Assembly: GCA_031294825.1 (NCBI GenBank)
Contig: JAUMPM010000067.1
Location: 24,201-88,200, forward strand
Direction of reading: 5' to 3'
DNA from: Collinsella sp.
GTDB lineage: Bacteria > Actinomycetota > Coriobacteriia > Coriobacteriales > Coriobacteriaceae
DNA: 64,000 bases
Shown here: positions 8,597 to 19,711 of the stretch, one piece after another
Layout: the number at the start of each line of letters is the position of its first letter
Numbering within the stretch: the stretch's first letter is position 1
Notes under the pieces: model-generated
Databases searched by the model: none
The model's input: only the letters and a program-made list of their open reading frames with translations
What the model was told of the DNA's origin: nothing
Position numbers and translations under genes: made by a program

Positions 8597-10666
8597 ATGT
8601 CTTCCCAGATGACGGTTATTATCGCCGGTATCGTGCTGGTTGTGGCCATCGTGGTCGCGCTGGTCGTCATGCGTCGTGGCGATTCCCGTTTTACCTACGA
8701 TACGCAGCATGGAACGGCCCCGCGCGCCACCGAGGGCGAGGGCAATACCGCGTCGACCGCCTTTAAGGGCCGCTTTTCCATCCTCACCACGGGTGTGGGC
8801 GCGATGTTTGCGGCGCTTGCCGTCAAGCTGTGGGGCATGCAGATGGTCTCATCGGACTATTACGAGAAGCAGGCCAATAGTAATCAGACTCGCACCGTTA
8901 CAACACCCGCTGTGCGCGGTCGCATCCTCGACCGCAATGGCGTGGCGCTTGTCCAGAACCGTCCCTCACTTGCTGTCGTGGCCTACCGCGACCTTGCCGA
9001 GGATGAGGTTCTGGTTCGCCATCTTGCCAACGTGCTTGGAATGCCTTACGTGGCGGTCCTTCGTAATATTCAGGACAATACAGAGGGCGCTCAGAGCCTG
9101 CATACCATCGCGACGGACGTCCGTCGCTCCACGGTTGCCTATATTCAGGAGCATGCCGGCGAGTTCCCGGGCGTCAAGATTGCCGAGCGTACCGAGCGCC
9201 AGTATCCATATGGCGAGACGGCATGCCATATCTTGGGCTATACCGGCACCATTACCTCCGAGCAGCTCGAGGCCCAGAATAAGAAAACCTCTGGCGATGA
9301 TGATGCTTCTGCTGGCAAGATTACGTACCAGTCGGGCGATATCGTGGGCCAGGCGGGCGTTGAGAGCTACTACGAAAACCTGCTGCAGGGTATTCGTGGC
9401 GAGCAGACCGTCAAGGTCGATGCCTCGGGCAATGTGACCGGTCAGGCCGGCGCCGTGCCCGCGAAGGCCGGCTCTGACATTAAGCTCACGCTCGACCTTA
9501 AGATCCAGCAGGCCTGCGAGACGGCGCTGGCGAGCGCTATCGAGCTTGCCAAGACCACTGGCTACAGCAATGCCGGCAACGGCGCTGTAGTGTGTCTCGA
9601 TCCCAACAATGGCGAGATCCTGGGCATGGCGAGCCAGCCCAAGTTCGATCCGTCCGTCTTTATTGGCGGCGTCTCAAATGACGTGTGGACCGAGCTCAAT
9701 GATGACAAGGGTTCGCACCCGCTGCTCAACCGCGCCATTAGCGGACAGTACATGTCGGCCTCGACCATCAAGCCGCTCTCGGCGCTGGCCGGTCTTGAGT
9801 TTGGAACCTACACGTCGGGGCAGACGACCAACTGCACGGGTTATTGGACGGGTCTGGGCAAGTCGTGGGGCAAGTACTGCTGGCTGCATTCCGGCCACGG
9901 CACCATGACGCTGCAGTCGGGAATCGCCAACTCGTGCGACCCTGTCTTCTACGACATGGGCAAGGCGTTCTTTTATGACGAGAAACATTCCGAGGGCCTG
10001 CAGGAGGTCTTTCGTCGCTGGGGTCTAGGCAAGACCTGCGGTATCGATCTGCCGAGTGAGGGCGCGGGCCGTATTCCCGATGCCGAGTGGAAAGAGTCGT
10101 ACTTCACCGACGCCTCTGCCGAGGACCGTAAGTGGAATGCCGGCGATATGACCAACATTGCCATCGGTCAGGGTGACATTCTGGTGACGCCCCTGCAGAT
10201 GGCGTGTGCCTATATGGGTCTTGCCAACGGCGGCAAACAGTACGTGCCTCACGTGTTTTTGTCTGCCGTGTCGCGCGATGGCGACGGCGATGCCTATAAA
10301 TACAACGGCAAGGGCAAGAAGAAGCGCCTGGAGGCCAAGATCAACAGCGATTCGGATTTGGCTCTTGTGCGCAACGGCATGCACGACGTGATTTACACGG
10401 CATCGACGTCCCTGGCGGCTCACTTTGGCACCCTGACGCCGCAGGTATACGGCAAGTCGGGCACGGGCGAGAAAAGCGGTGAGGACGAATACGCGTGGTT
10501 CTGCGCCTATGCACCGGCCGATGACCCCAAGTATGTCATCGCTACTGTCCTGGAGCAGGGCGGCGGCGGCTCAGATACCGCGATGCATGTCGTGCGCGAC
10601 GTGCTCGGTGTGATTTATGACGAGCCCGATACCTCTTCGGCCTCGGGCGATTCTTCGGTTCGATAG
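8597..10666 (+). CDS. mrdA: Penicillin-binding protein 2 (elongasome class B transpeptidase)
   Basis: N-terminal TM anchor, PBP dimerisation region (RGRILDRNGVALV), SxxK active site (SASTIKP), KSGTGE (KTG-type) motif. Sits between mreD and rodA. Confidence 0.9.
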   Translation: MSSQMTVIIAGIVLVVAIVVALVVMRRGDSRFTYDTQHGTAPRATEGEGNTASTAFKGRFSILTTGVGAMFAALAVKLWGMQMVSSDYYEKQANSNQTRTVTTPAVRGRILDRNGVALVQNRPSLAVVAYRDLAEDEVLVRHLANVLGMPYVAVLRNIQDNTEGAQSLHTIATDVRRSTVAYIQEHAGEFPGVKIAERTERQYPYGETACHILGYTGTITSEQLEAQNKKTSGDDDASAGKITYQSGDIVGQAGVESYYENLLQGIRGEQTVKVDASGNVTGQAGAVPAKAGSDIKLTLDLKIQQACETALASAIELAKTTGYSNAGNGAVVCLDPNNGEILGMASQPKFDPSVFIGGVSNDVWTELNDDKGSHPLLNRAISGQYMSASTIKPLSALAGLEFGTYTSGQTTNCTGYWTGLGKSWGKYCWLHSGHGTMTLQSGIANSCDPVFYDMGKAFFYDEKHSEGLQEVFRRWGLGKTCGIDLPSEGAGRIPDAEWKESYFTDASAEDRKWNAGDMTNIAIGQGDILVTPLQMACAYMGLANGGKQYVPHVFLSAVSRDGDGDAYKYNGKGKKKRLEAKINSDSDLALVRNGMHDVIYTASTSLAAHFGTLTPQVYGKSGTGEKSGEDEYAWFCAYAPADDPKYVIATVLEQGGGGSDTAMHVVRDVLGVIYDEPDTSSASGDSSVR

Positions 10667-10675
10667 GAGGTTGCG

Positions 10676-11902
10676 ATGGATTTTTCTCCGGCGGATCTGT
10701 TCCGTTCAACCAAGACCGGCTCTCGCAGCAGCCTGGACCGCGTCAACAAGCAACTTTCGGCCTCGCGCGGCACGTTTCGCCAAAAGGTGCATATCGGTGT
10801 GCTCGTGGCTACAGTGGCGCTCGTCGCCTACGGTGCCATCATTATCTGGTCGGCTTCGCAGTTTAAGGCCGATGCCTCGTTCTCACGCCATCTGCTGGGA
10901 ATTGGCATCGGAGCGGTGCTGGCGGTGCTGGTCTGGCGTACCGATCTGCGCGGTATTTCCAATTTCTCGACGGCGTTGCTCGTCATCGACTTGATCGTGA
11001 TCCTCTCGCCCAAGATTCCGGGTCTGTCCTATACGGGCGGTCTGGGCATGACGGGCTGGATCAAGATTCCCGGTATCGGCTTGACATTCCAGCCGGTTGA
11101 GCTTGCCAAGCTCATCACCATCTTCTTTATTGCTACGCTTGGCTCGCAGTATAACGGTCGCATCGATACCGTTCGCGACTACGTCAAGCTCTGCGGCATG
11201 CTGTCCATTCCGTTTTTGGCCGTCGTTGCCATGGGCGACCTGGGCTCGGGCCTGGTTGTGCTGGTTTCGGGCGCCATCGTCATTTGTATGAGCGGTGCAC
11301 GCCGCGAATGGGTGCTGTCGACCCTGGCCCTGCTCGTGGGCTTGGTGGCCCTCGTTCTGGCGCTCGATTCGGTCTTTGATTCGTTGCTCGGCCACGATGT
11401 GCTCATCAAGCAGTACCAGATGAACCGTCTGACGGTCTTTATCGACCCCGATAATGCCGATTCGGACGATGCCTACAACCTGCAGCAGTCGCTTATCGCC
11501 GTTGGCTCGGGCGGCTTCTTTGGTAAGGGTTTGGGCCATGCGACGCAGTCGGCCGGCGGCTTCCTACCCGAGTTCCATACCGACTTCGTCTTCGCCTTTT
11601 TGTCCGAGACCTTTGGCTTCTGCGGTTCCTTTTTGCTGCTGTGCTTGTACGTGCTGCTCATCTTCTCGACGATCCGCGTTGCCTTTAAGTGCGAGTCTCT
11701 GTTCCTACGCTTATCATGCGTAGGTATCGTTGGCATGTGGGCGTTCCAGACCTTCGAAAACATCGGCATGTGCATCGGCATGATGCCGATTACCGGTATT
11801 CCGCTACCGTTTATTAGCTTCGGTTCGTCTTCGATGATGATTCAGCTGCTGACGGTGGGTATCGTACAATCCATATGGCGGCATCGTTCGGGCGCCGCGT
11901 AA
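10676..11902 (+). CDS. rodA: SEDS-family peptidoglycan glycosyltransferase RodA
   Basis: FtsW/RodA/SpoVE pattern: about 10 TM helices, QPVELAKL, LQQSLIAVGSGGFFGKGLG, PEFHTDFVFA, GIPLPFISFGSSS. Confidence 0.9.
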   Translation: MDFSPADLFRSTKTGSRSSLDRVNKQLSASRGTFRQKVHIGVLVATVALVAYGAIIIWSASQFKADASFSRHLLGIGIGAVLAVLVWRTDLRGISNFSTALLVIDLIVILSPKIPGLSYTGGLGMTGWIKIPGIGLTFQPVELAKLITIFFIATLGSQYNGRIDTVRDYVKLCGMLSIPFLAVVAMGDLGSGLVVLVSGAIVICMSGARREWVLSTLALLVGLVALVLALDSVFDSLLGHDVLIKQYQMNRLTVFIDPDNADSDDAYNLQQSLIAVGSGGFFGKGLGHATQSAGGFLPEFHTDFVFAFLSETFGFCGSFLLLCLYVLLIFSTIRVAFKCESLFLRLSCVGIVGMWAFQTFENIGMCIGMMPITGIPLPFISFGSSSMMIQLLTVGIVQSIWRHRSGAA

Positions 11903-11920
11903 CCGCTGGAGGGGTTTGCT

Positions 11921-12850
11921 ATGAAAATTCCCGTAGATAAGCTGACCCGCGCTTTTAAGATGGGCGCGTCCGTTAAGAAGGATTCCGATACGCCGGTGCG
12001 CGTCTCGGTCTATCTGGATTCGTCCGCCTCGCGCTTTCTGGCCGAGACGGTGCGTGATGCCTTTGTGCCGCAGACGACCTCGGGCATTGTGCGCGTCGAG
12101 CGTCTGGGGGAGGAACGAATTGCTCCAAAGACCGATACCGATGTGGTGCTGGTGCTCTCGTGTGGTTCCGACCGCTTGGAGAGTGCCGTGCAGGAGCTCG
12201 TGATCGCCGGCGCGCCCGTGTGCGTGCTTGCCGAGTCTGCTGTGGAGGTGCCGTTTATCGAGGAGTCCACGCCCATGCTCGGCGTGGTGGCGGCAACCGA
12301 TAAGACGTATCTGCTCGAGACGCTTGCCCGCTGGATTCTCGATCGCACCGACAAGGAAACGGCTTTTGCGGCGAACTTTGCCTTCATGCGCATCGCGGCG
12401 GCCAATCGTATCATCACCTCGTGCGCGCTCACCAATATGGCGACCGGTGCGCTGGTGTTTTTGCCGGGCGCCGATTATCCCGTTATGGCGCTGGCGCAGG
12501 TGGGCATGCTCTTTGAGCTCGCTGCCGTCTTTGGACGCGGCATTAAGCCCGAGCGTGGCTACGAGGTCGCGGGCGTGCTTGCCGGCGGTCTTTTGATCCG
12601 TGCGGTCACCCGCGCGCTCGTCAAGCAGACGCCGCATATTGGGTTTGCCGTCAAGGCGCTCACTGCTGCCGCGGGCACCTATGGCATGGGCCGTGCGCTC
12701 GTTTCGCTCTACGAGCGCGATGTCGACTACAGCCGTGCCAACGAGGTGGTCACTGCCACGTTCTCTCGCGTTCGCGATTTGGTGACCACGGTCGCGGGCG
12801 CTACCCGTCCTATGGCGTCCTACCAGGACGCATCCGATCTCGCAGCTTAG
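11921..12850 (+). CDS. Conserved hypothetical protein; C-terminal half resembles a DUF697-type amphipathic/membrane-associated domain; no Walker A seen
   Basis: GGAGGGG RBS and genome-typical GC3-rich codon usage. C-terminal Ala/Gly-rich helices (LPGADYPVMALAQVGMLFELAAVFG..AGVLAGGLLIRAV..KALTAAAGTYGMGRAL). The family assignment is from memory only. Confidence 0.6.
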   Translation: MKIPVDKLTRAFKMGASVKKDSDTPVRVSVYLDSSASRFLAETVRDAFVPQTTSGIVRVERLGEERIAPKTDTDVVLVLSCGSDRLESAVQELVIAGAPVCVLAESAVEVPFIEESTPMLGVVAATDKTYLLETLARWILDRTDKETAFAANFAFMRIAAANRIITSCALTNMATGALVFLPGADYPVMALAQVGMLFELAAVFGRGIKPERGYEVAGVLAGGLLIRAVTRALVKQTPHIGFAVKALTAAAGTYGMGRALVSLYERDVDYSRANEVVTATFSRVRDLVTTVAGATRPMASYQDASDLAA

Positions 12851-12860
12851 GGGTTTTCCG

Positions 12861-14738
12861 TTGCGCGTTGCATACCAAGACTGTTTTCATTTAATTGAGC
12901 CGCTGCTCGCCAAGGTCGAGAAACCGAGCCGCTATATCGATCACGAGTGGGGCACGCTTTCCAAGGCCGATGCCGACTACCGTTGTTGCCTGATCTACCC
13001 GGATGTGTACGAGGTCGGTCTGCCCAACCAGGGCATCGCCATCCTCTACAACATCCTTAACCAGGCCGAGGGCATCTCCTGCGAGCGTGGCTATGTGCCG
13101 TGGCCCGATATGGGTGACGCTATGCGCGAGGCAGGCATTCCGCTGCTCTCGCTCGAGGGTGCAGCGCCGGTCGCTTCGTTTGATATCGTCGGCCTGCATG
13201 TTCCGCACGAGATGGCGGTGACGAACTTCCTCGAGGCTCTCGACCTCGCTGGCATTCCGCTGTTGGCGGCCGACCGCACCGAGGACGACCCCATTATCAT
13301 CGCCGGCGGCCCCTCGGTGTACAACCCCGAGCCGTACGCGGCCTTCTTCGATGTTATCCTCATCGGCGAGGGCGAGGAATCGCTGCTCGAGACCTGCCAG
13401 CTGCATCGCCGTCTGCGTGACGAAGGAGTCCCGCGCGCGCAGATTGTCGAGCAGCTTGCATCCATTGCCGGCAACTACGTGCCGTCGCTCTATGAGGTTT
13501 GTCACGACGAGCCCTGCTCGCCGCATGGCTACACTGTGCCGCGTGAAGGCAAGGATGCGCCGACGGTGGTCTTCAAGCGCGTCGTCGAGGATTTCGGCGC
13601 CACGAATCCGTTGTCGCAGTCGTGTGTGCCCTATGCGCAGCTGGTTCACGACCGCCTGTCTATCGAGATCCTGCGCGGCTGCGCCCGCGGCTGTCGTTTT
13701 TGCCAGGCCGGCATGACGTATCGCCCGGTGCGCGAGCGCTCGGCCGACCAGATCGTCTCGTCGGTGATTCAGGGTCTGGAAAAGACCGGCTATGACGAGG
13801 TGTCGCTGACCTCGCTCTCCACGACCGACCACTCCTGCATTCGCGACGTGCTCGGCAGGCTCAACCGTCGCCTGGAGGATACGGGTATTCGCGTGTCTAT
13901 TCCGTCGCAGCGCCTGGATTCGTTTGGCGTGGATATGGCCGAGTCGGTTGCCGGCGAAAAGAAGGGCGGCCTGACGTTCGCGCCCGAGGCCGGTAGCCAG
14001 CGCATGCGCGACATCATTAACAAGAACGTGACCGAGGAGGACCTGGACCGTGCGGCCAAGGCGGCCTTCGAGGCCGGCTGGAACCGCATGAAGCTCTACT
14101 TTATGATGGGCCTTCCCGGCGAGCGCGACGAGGACATCGTGGCCATCGCCAATCTGGCCGATCACGTGCTGGAGCTCGGTCGTTCCGTGGTGCCCAAGGC
14201 TCGTCGCGGCTCGATCTCGGTGTCGATCTCGGTTTCGGTCTTTATCCCTAAGGCTGCCACGCCGTTCCAGTGGTGCCCGCAGCTCGACTACGACGACGTC
14301 AAGCGTCGCCAGAAGCTGCTCATCACGAGCGTTCGCAACCGTGCCGTCCGCGTTCATTACCACGATGCCGAGACCTCGCTCATCGAGGCTGCGCTGTCCC
14401 GCGCCGGTCGTGACATGACGCCCGTCATCATCGACGCTTGGCGCTCGGGCTCTCGCTTTGACGCCTGGGTAGAGCATTTCTCGCTCGATAACTGGAAGGA
14501 AGCTGCTGCCAAAAACGGCATCGACCTCAATGAGCTCGTGCACCTGCCCTACGAGTTGGATTGGCGCCTGCCGTGGGAGCATGTGAGCCCTGGCTGTACG
14601 CGCGGCTTCCTCGAGCGCGAGTACCGTCGCTCGCTCGAGGGCGTCACGACTCCCGACTGCACCCGCACGTCGTGCACCGGCTGCGGGATCTGCCCCACGC
14701 TCCACGCCAAGAATGTATTGATGGGTGATCGCGCATGA
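12861..14738 (+). CDS. B12-binding-domain-like radical SAM protein (TIGR03960-type, function unknown)
   Basis: CARGCRFCQAG (CxxxCxxC) radical-SAM cluster motif. N-terminal KPSRYIDHEWG and LIYPDVYEVGLPNQGIAILY typical of this family. C-terminal CX4CX2CX2C (DCTRTSCTGCGIC). Confidence 0.85.
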   Translation: MRVAYQDCFHLIEPLLAKVEKPSRYIDHEWGTLSKADADYRCCLIYPDVYEVGLPNQGIAILYNILNQAEGISCERGYVPWPDMGDAMREAGIPLLSLEGAAPVASFDIVGLHVPHEMAVTNFLEALDLAGIPLLAADRTEDDPIIIAGGPSVYNPEPYAAFFDVILIGEGEESLLETCQLHRRLRDEGVPRAQIVEQLASIAGNYVPSLYEVCHDEPCSPHGYTVPREGKDAPTVVFKRVVEDFGATNPLSQSCVPYAQLVHDRLSIEILRGCARGCRFCQAGMTYRPVRERSADQIVSSVIQGLEKTGYDEVSLTSLSTTDHSCIRDVLGRLNRRLEDTGIRVSIPSQRLDSFGVDMAESVAGEKKGGLTFAPEAGSQRMRDIINKNVTEEDLDRAAKAAFEAGWNRMKLYFMMGLPGERDEDIVAIANLADHVLELGRSVVPKARRGSISVSISVSVFIPKAATPFQWCPQLDYDDVKRRQKLLITSVRNRAVRVHYHDAETSLIEAALSRAGRDMTPVIIDAWRSGSRFDAWVEHFSLDNWKEAAAKNGIDLNELVHLPYELDWRLPWEHVSPGCTRGFLEREYRRSLEGVTTPDCTRTSCTGCGICPTLHAKNVLMGDRA

Positions 14739-15547
14739 GTGAGCGCCTGACCGACAACCCCTCGCTCTTTAGACTTCGTGTTCGCTATGGCAAGCGCGAT
14801 CGCCTTAAGTACCTGGGCCATCTCGAAGTGATCCATACCATTGAGCGCATCGTGCGCCGTGCGGGACTTCCCTATGCCGTCACGCAGGGCTTTTCTCCGC
14901 ACATGCGCGTGGGCTTCTCTTCGGCGCTACCGGTGGGTACGTCGTCGACCTGCGAGTGGTATGACCTGTTTATGACCGAGTTCGTGGCGCTCGACGAGGC
15001 GTTTGGGCGCCTGGCTGCGGCGTCTCCGGCCGATCTGGCGCCCATCGAGGCGGCGTACATCGACGTGCGCACGCCGGCGTTGACGGCGCAGCTCACGCGC
15101 CTGTCGTATCGCATCGACCTGCACTTGGATCCCGAGGCGCCCGTAAGCGCCGACGAGGTGCGTCGTGCGCTCGACACGCTGCGCGCGGACCATGGCATCG
15201 ACTACGCGCGCGGAAAAAAGAGCAAGCGCTTGGATTTGGATCACACGCTCGTGGGCTATGAGCTTAAGGCGGGGGAGCGTCCGGACCACCTGGTGCTCAT
15301 GCTCGACACCCATGCCGATAACGAGGGGTCCATGCGTCCGGAAATTTTGCTTTCTGCAGCTGATGTTTTGTTGCAGGGCTTGACCCCGGGCGTCGATGCA
15401 CCTATTGTTTCCACCGGTATGCAAGACCTCGTGACCATCTGCTCCTACGATGTCGAGCGTCAGAATCAAGCATGCGAGGACGACGAGGGCCGACTCGTCA
15501 GCCCCATACCTGTGCGAACTTGTGGATTTGCTCCACATACTCGTTGA
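14735..15547 (+). CDS. Radical-SAM-linked DUF2344 protein (TIGR03936-type)
   Basis: ATGA overlap with the upstream radical-SAM gene. RLRVRYGKRDRLKYLGHLEVIHTIERIVRRAGLPYAVTQGFSPHMRV matches my recollection of the DUF2344 N-terminus. Confidence 0.8.
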   Translation: MSERLTDNPSLFRLRVRYGKRDRLKYLGHLEVIHTIERIVRRAGLPYAVTQGFSPHMRVGFSSALPVGTSSTCEWYDLFMTEFVALDEAFGRLAAASPADLAPIEAAYIDVRTPALTAQLTRLSYRIDLHLDPEAPVSADEVRRALDTLRADHGIDYARGKKSKRLDLDHTLVGYELKAGERPDHLVLMLDTHADNEGSMRPEILLSAADVLLQGLTPGVDAPIVSTGMQDLVTICSYDVERQNQACEDDEGRLVSPIPVRTCGFAPHTR

Positions 15548-15614
15548 CGGGGGTATTATCGCCTGCTACTATATTCGGCTGTTGCACTAACTGATGCATG
15601 AAGGGCAAGTAAAC

Positions 15615-15989
15615 ATGTACGCAATCGTTAACACGGGCGGCAAGCAGTACAAGGTCGCCACCGACGATGTCATCACCGTCGAGAAGATCGAGGGCAATGA
15701 GGGCGACAAGGTCACCCTGCCGGTTATCTTCCTCAACGATGGTAAGAAGATCGTCACCGATCCCGACAAGCTGGCCAAGGCCAAGGTTACCGCTCAGATC
15801 GTTGAGCAGTTCAAGGGCGAGAAGCAGCTGGTCTTCAAGTTCCACAAGCGCAAGCGCTATCGTCGTCTGAAGGGTCACCGTCAGCAGCTCACCAAGCTGA
15901 AGATCGTGAAGGTTCAGGCTACCTCCCGCGCCAAGAAGGCTGTCAAGGCAGAGGCTGAGGCTGTTGCCGAGGCTCCCGTCGCCGAGTAG
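15615..15989 (+). CDS. rplU: 50S ribosomal protein L21 with Ala/Lys/Glu-rich C-terminal extension
   Basis: MYAIVNTGGKQYKV canonical N-terminus at the ATG at 15615; HKRKRYRRLKGHRQ. Confidence 0.95.
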   Translation: MYAIVNTGGKQYKVATDDVITVEKIEGNEGDKVTLPVIFLNDGKKIVTDPDKLAKAKVTAQIVEQFKGEKQLVFKFHKRKRYRRLKGHRQQLTKLKIVKVQATSRAKKAVKAEAEAVAEAPVAE

Positions 15990-16022
15990 ATTACACTCGT
16001 AACGAAAGAGTAGGTATACACA

Positions 16023-16280
16023 ATGGCACACAAAAAAGGACTCGGTTCCTCCCGTAATGGCCGTGACTCCCGCGGTCAGCGCCTTGGCACGAAGCGCTAT
16101 GCCGGCCAGACGGTAACCACGGGCACGATTCTCGTCCGTCAGCACGGCACGCACATCCACCCGGGTGAGAACGTTGGCCGTGGTAAGGACGACACGCTGT
16201 TCGCGCTGGTCGACGGTACCGTTGAGTTCCACAAGGGTATCAAGCACAGGGTCAGCGTACGCCCGCTCGCGAACGCGTAA
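16023..16280 (+). CDS. rpmA: 50S ribosomal protein L27
   Basis: [32 protein letters not shown] canonical L27 sequence. Confidence 0.97.
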   Translation: MAHKKGLGSSRNGRDSRGQRLGTKRYAGQTVTTGTILVRQHGTHIHPGENVGRGKDDTLFALVDGTVEFHKGIKHRVSVRPLANA

Positions 16281-16305
16281 TTCACCCTTCATAGAGCACA
16301 TATGT

Positions 16306-16348
16306 GGGAGGCACTTGAGTTTTAGGATTCAAGGGTCTCCCTCTTTTT
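16306..16348 (+). terminator. Intrinsic terminator/attenuator-like hairpin between rpmA and obg
   Basis: GGGAGGCACTTGAG / TTCAAGGGTCTCCC arms (14 positions: 10 Watson-Crick, 3 G-U, 1 mismatch), followed by TCTTTTT. Confidence 0.45.
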
Positions 16349-16352
16349 GTAG

Positions 16353-17831
<1,479 letters not shown>

Positions 17832-17834
17832 GCC

Positions 17835-18512
17835 ATGTCGCTGCGCGGTGGAATCGGTCTGCCCGAGCTTTCTCTTGAGGACGGGCAGGAGTTTAGGCTC
17901 GGCATTATGGGTGGCACCTTTGATCCCATCCATTACGGGCACCTGGTGACCGCCGAGCAGGCGCGCGAGTCGCTCGACTTGGACGCTGTGCTCTTTATGC
18001 CGGCGGGCTCTCCTGCCTTTAAGCTTGACAAGCCGGTGACGCCTGCCGAGGACCGTTATGCCATGACGGTCCTCGCCACCGCCGCGAACCCGGCCTTTTT
18101 GGCGAGCCGGTTCGAGATCGACCGTCCGGGCGTAACCTATACGGCCGATACGCTTCATGCCCTTCGCGACTTTTACCCGCCGCAGGTAAAGCTCTACTTT
18201 ATTACGGGCGCCGACGCGATTATCGATATTGTGACCTGGCATGATGCCGAACGAATCGCTGAGCTTGCTACCTTTATTGCGGCGACACGACCGGGCTTTG
18301 ATATCGATACGGCGCGTGCCCGAATCAAAGAGTCGGGGCTGCCGTTCGACGTGCGCTATATTCAGATTCCGGCGCTGGCGATCAGCTCGACGAACATTCG
18401 TAAGCGAGTTGCCCGCGGTATGAGCGTGCGCTATCTTACGAGCGAGTCCGTGCTCGGCTACATTCGCAAACGCAGGCTATATGCCGATTTGGGCCAAGAA
18501 GATTTTGAGTGA
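17835..18512 (+). CDS. nadD: Nicotinate-nucleotide adenylyltransferase
   Basis: GIMGGTFDPIHYGHL (T/H-x-G-H) motif and ISSTNIRKR C-terminal motif. Confidence 0.92.
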   Translation: MSLRGGIGLPELSLEDGQEFRLGIMGGTFDPIHYGHLVTAEQARESLDLDAVLFMPAGSPAFKLDKPVTPAEDRYAMTVLATAANPAFLASRFEIDRPGVTYTADTLHALRDFYPPQVKLYFITGADAIIDIVTWHDAERIAELATFIAATRPGFDIDTARARIKESGLPFDVRYIQIPALAISSTNIRKRVARGMSVRYLTSESVLGYIRKRRLYADLGQEDFE

Positions 18513-18524
18513 TGGGGGTCTACG

Positions 18525-19133
18525 TTGTCGGTAGAGGATCAGTTTGAGGGCGATGAACGCGCGCTGCTCAAGCGCATTCAAGAGCTGCTCGATGTTCGCA
18601 TGAAGGATAAGCGCAAGCGCTATGTGCATTCGCTGGGTGTTGCCGAGACCGCACTTCATCTGGCCGAGGTCTACGGCGTTGACCGCTTTGATGCCGCTGC
18701 TGCCGGTCTGATCCATGACTGGGACAAAGTGCTCTCCGACGACGAGCTGGTTACGCGCGCTCTGCATTACGGCATTAAGATTGCCGGCTCTCCGTCTGCC
18801 GCGACGCCGCTTTTGCATGGCCCGGTTGCCGCTTATGAGCTTCCGCAGCTTTTTCCCGAGCTGTCGCCGGCGGTCTTTCAGGCTGTCGACCGTCACACCG
18901 TGGGCGCTTGCGACATGACGCCGCTCGATATGGTGGTCTTTGTGGCCGATGCTATCGAACCCAACCGCCACGGCGATTATGCCCATGCGCTGCGCAAGAT
19001 GGTGGGGAAGTCCTCGCTCGACGAGTTGTTCTTCTCCTGTTTTGCGCAGGGTCTGGTCTATGTGATCCAGTCCGGGCGTTATCTTTATCCCACGGCTATT
19101 ATGATTTACAACCATTACGCCCAGCTGCGCTAG
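18525..19133 (+). CDS. yqeK: HD-domain bis(5'-nucleosyl)-tetraphosphatase YqeK
   Basis: HSLGVAETA...LIHDWDK HD motifs; conserved nadD-yqeK-rsfS order. Confidence 0.85.
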   Translation: MSVEDQFEGDERALLKRIQELLDVRMKDKRKRYVHSLGVAETALHLAEVYGVDRFDAAAAGLIHDWDKVLSDDELVTRALHYGIKIAGSPSAATPLLHGPVAAYELPQLFPELSPAVFQAVDRHTVGACDMTPLDMVVFVADAIEPNRHGDYAHALRKMVGKSSLDELFFSCFAQGLVYVIQSGRYLYPTAIMIYNHYAQLR

Positions 19134-19160
19134 CTTGGGCTGTCTAGAAAGAGGTATTCC

Positions 19161-19616
19161 ATGGCCGATGAGACCATGACCGACGATCAGATTCTTGAAG
19201 GTGTGGAGCACAAGAGTTTTGTTGCCACGTCCGACCGCACCGCTGCCTCGCTGTCCGCGAGCGGTGTTGCCGCCGAGGATGTCGCCCGCGCCGCCGCGCA
19301 GGCCGCCTACGACAAGAAGGGCGAGGACGTTCAGGTGCTCGACCTGACCGAGCTTTCCGACGTATGCGACTACTTTGTGCTTGCCACCGGTACCAACAAC
19401 CGCCAGGTCGATTCTATCGTCGACGAGATCGAGGAGAAGGTCGCCGAGGCTTGCGGCGAGCATCCGTTCTCCATCGAGGGCCGCGAGCAGAAGACCTGGA
19501 TGCTCATGGACTACGGTTCGGTTGTCGTCCACGTCTTCACTCCTGAAGCCCGCGACTTCTACCGCCTAGAAAAGCTCTGGGGCGACGCCCCCCAGCTCCC
19601 CCTCAACCTCCTCTAG
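19161..19616 (+). CDS. rsfS: Ribosome silencing factor RsfS
   Basis: KGEDVQVLDL..CDYFVLATGTNNRQV..W.LMDYGSVVVHVF..R.FY.LE.LW family pattern. Confidence 0.92.
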   Translation: MADETMTDDQILEGVEHKSFVATSDRTAASLSASGVAAEDVARAAAQAAYDKKGEDVQVLDLTELSDVCDYFVLATGTNNRQVDSIVDEIEEKVAEACGEHPFSIEGREQKTWMLMDYGSVVVHVFTPEARDFYRLEKLWGDAPQLPLNLL

Positions 19617-19656
19617 TAGCTCATTTGAGACGAGGTTAGCTACCCTCACGCATATC

Positions 19657-19699
19657 GCCGGGCAGGTGCGGTTTTCCGCACCTGCCCGGCTTTCTTTTT
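19657..19699 (+). terminator. Rho-independent terminator of the obg-nadD-yqeK-rsfS unit
   Basis: Perfect 15-bp stem GCCGGGCAGGTGCGG/CCGCACCTGCCCGGC, TTTT loop, then TTTCTTTTT. Confidence 0.85.
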
Positions 19700-19711
19700 G
19701 CCCAAAGGCGG

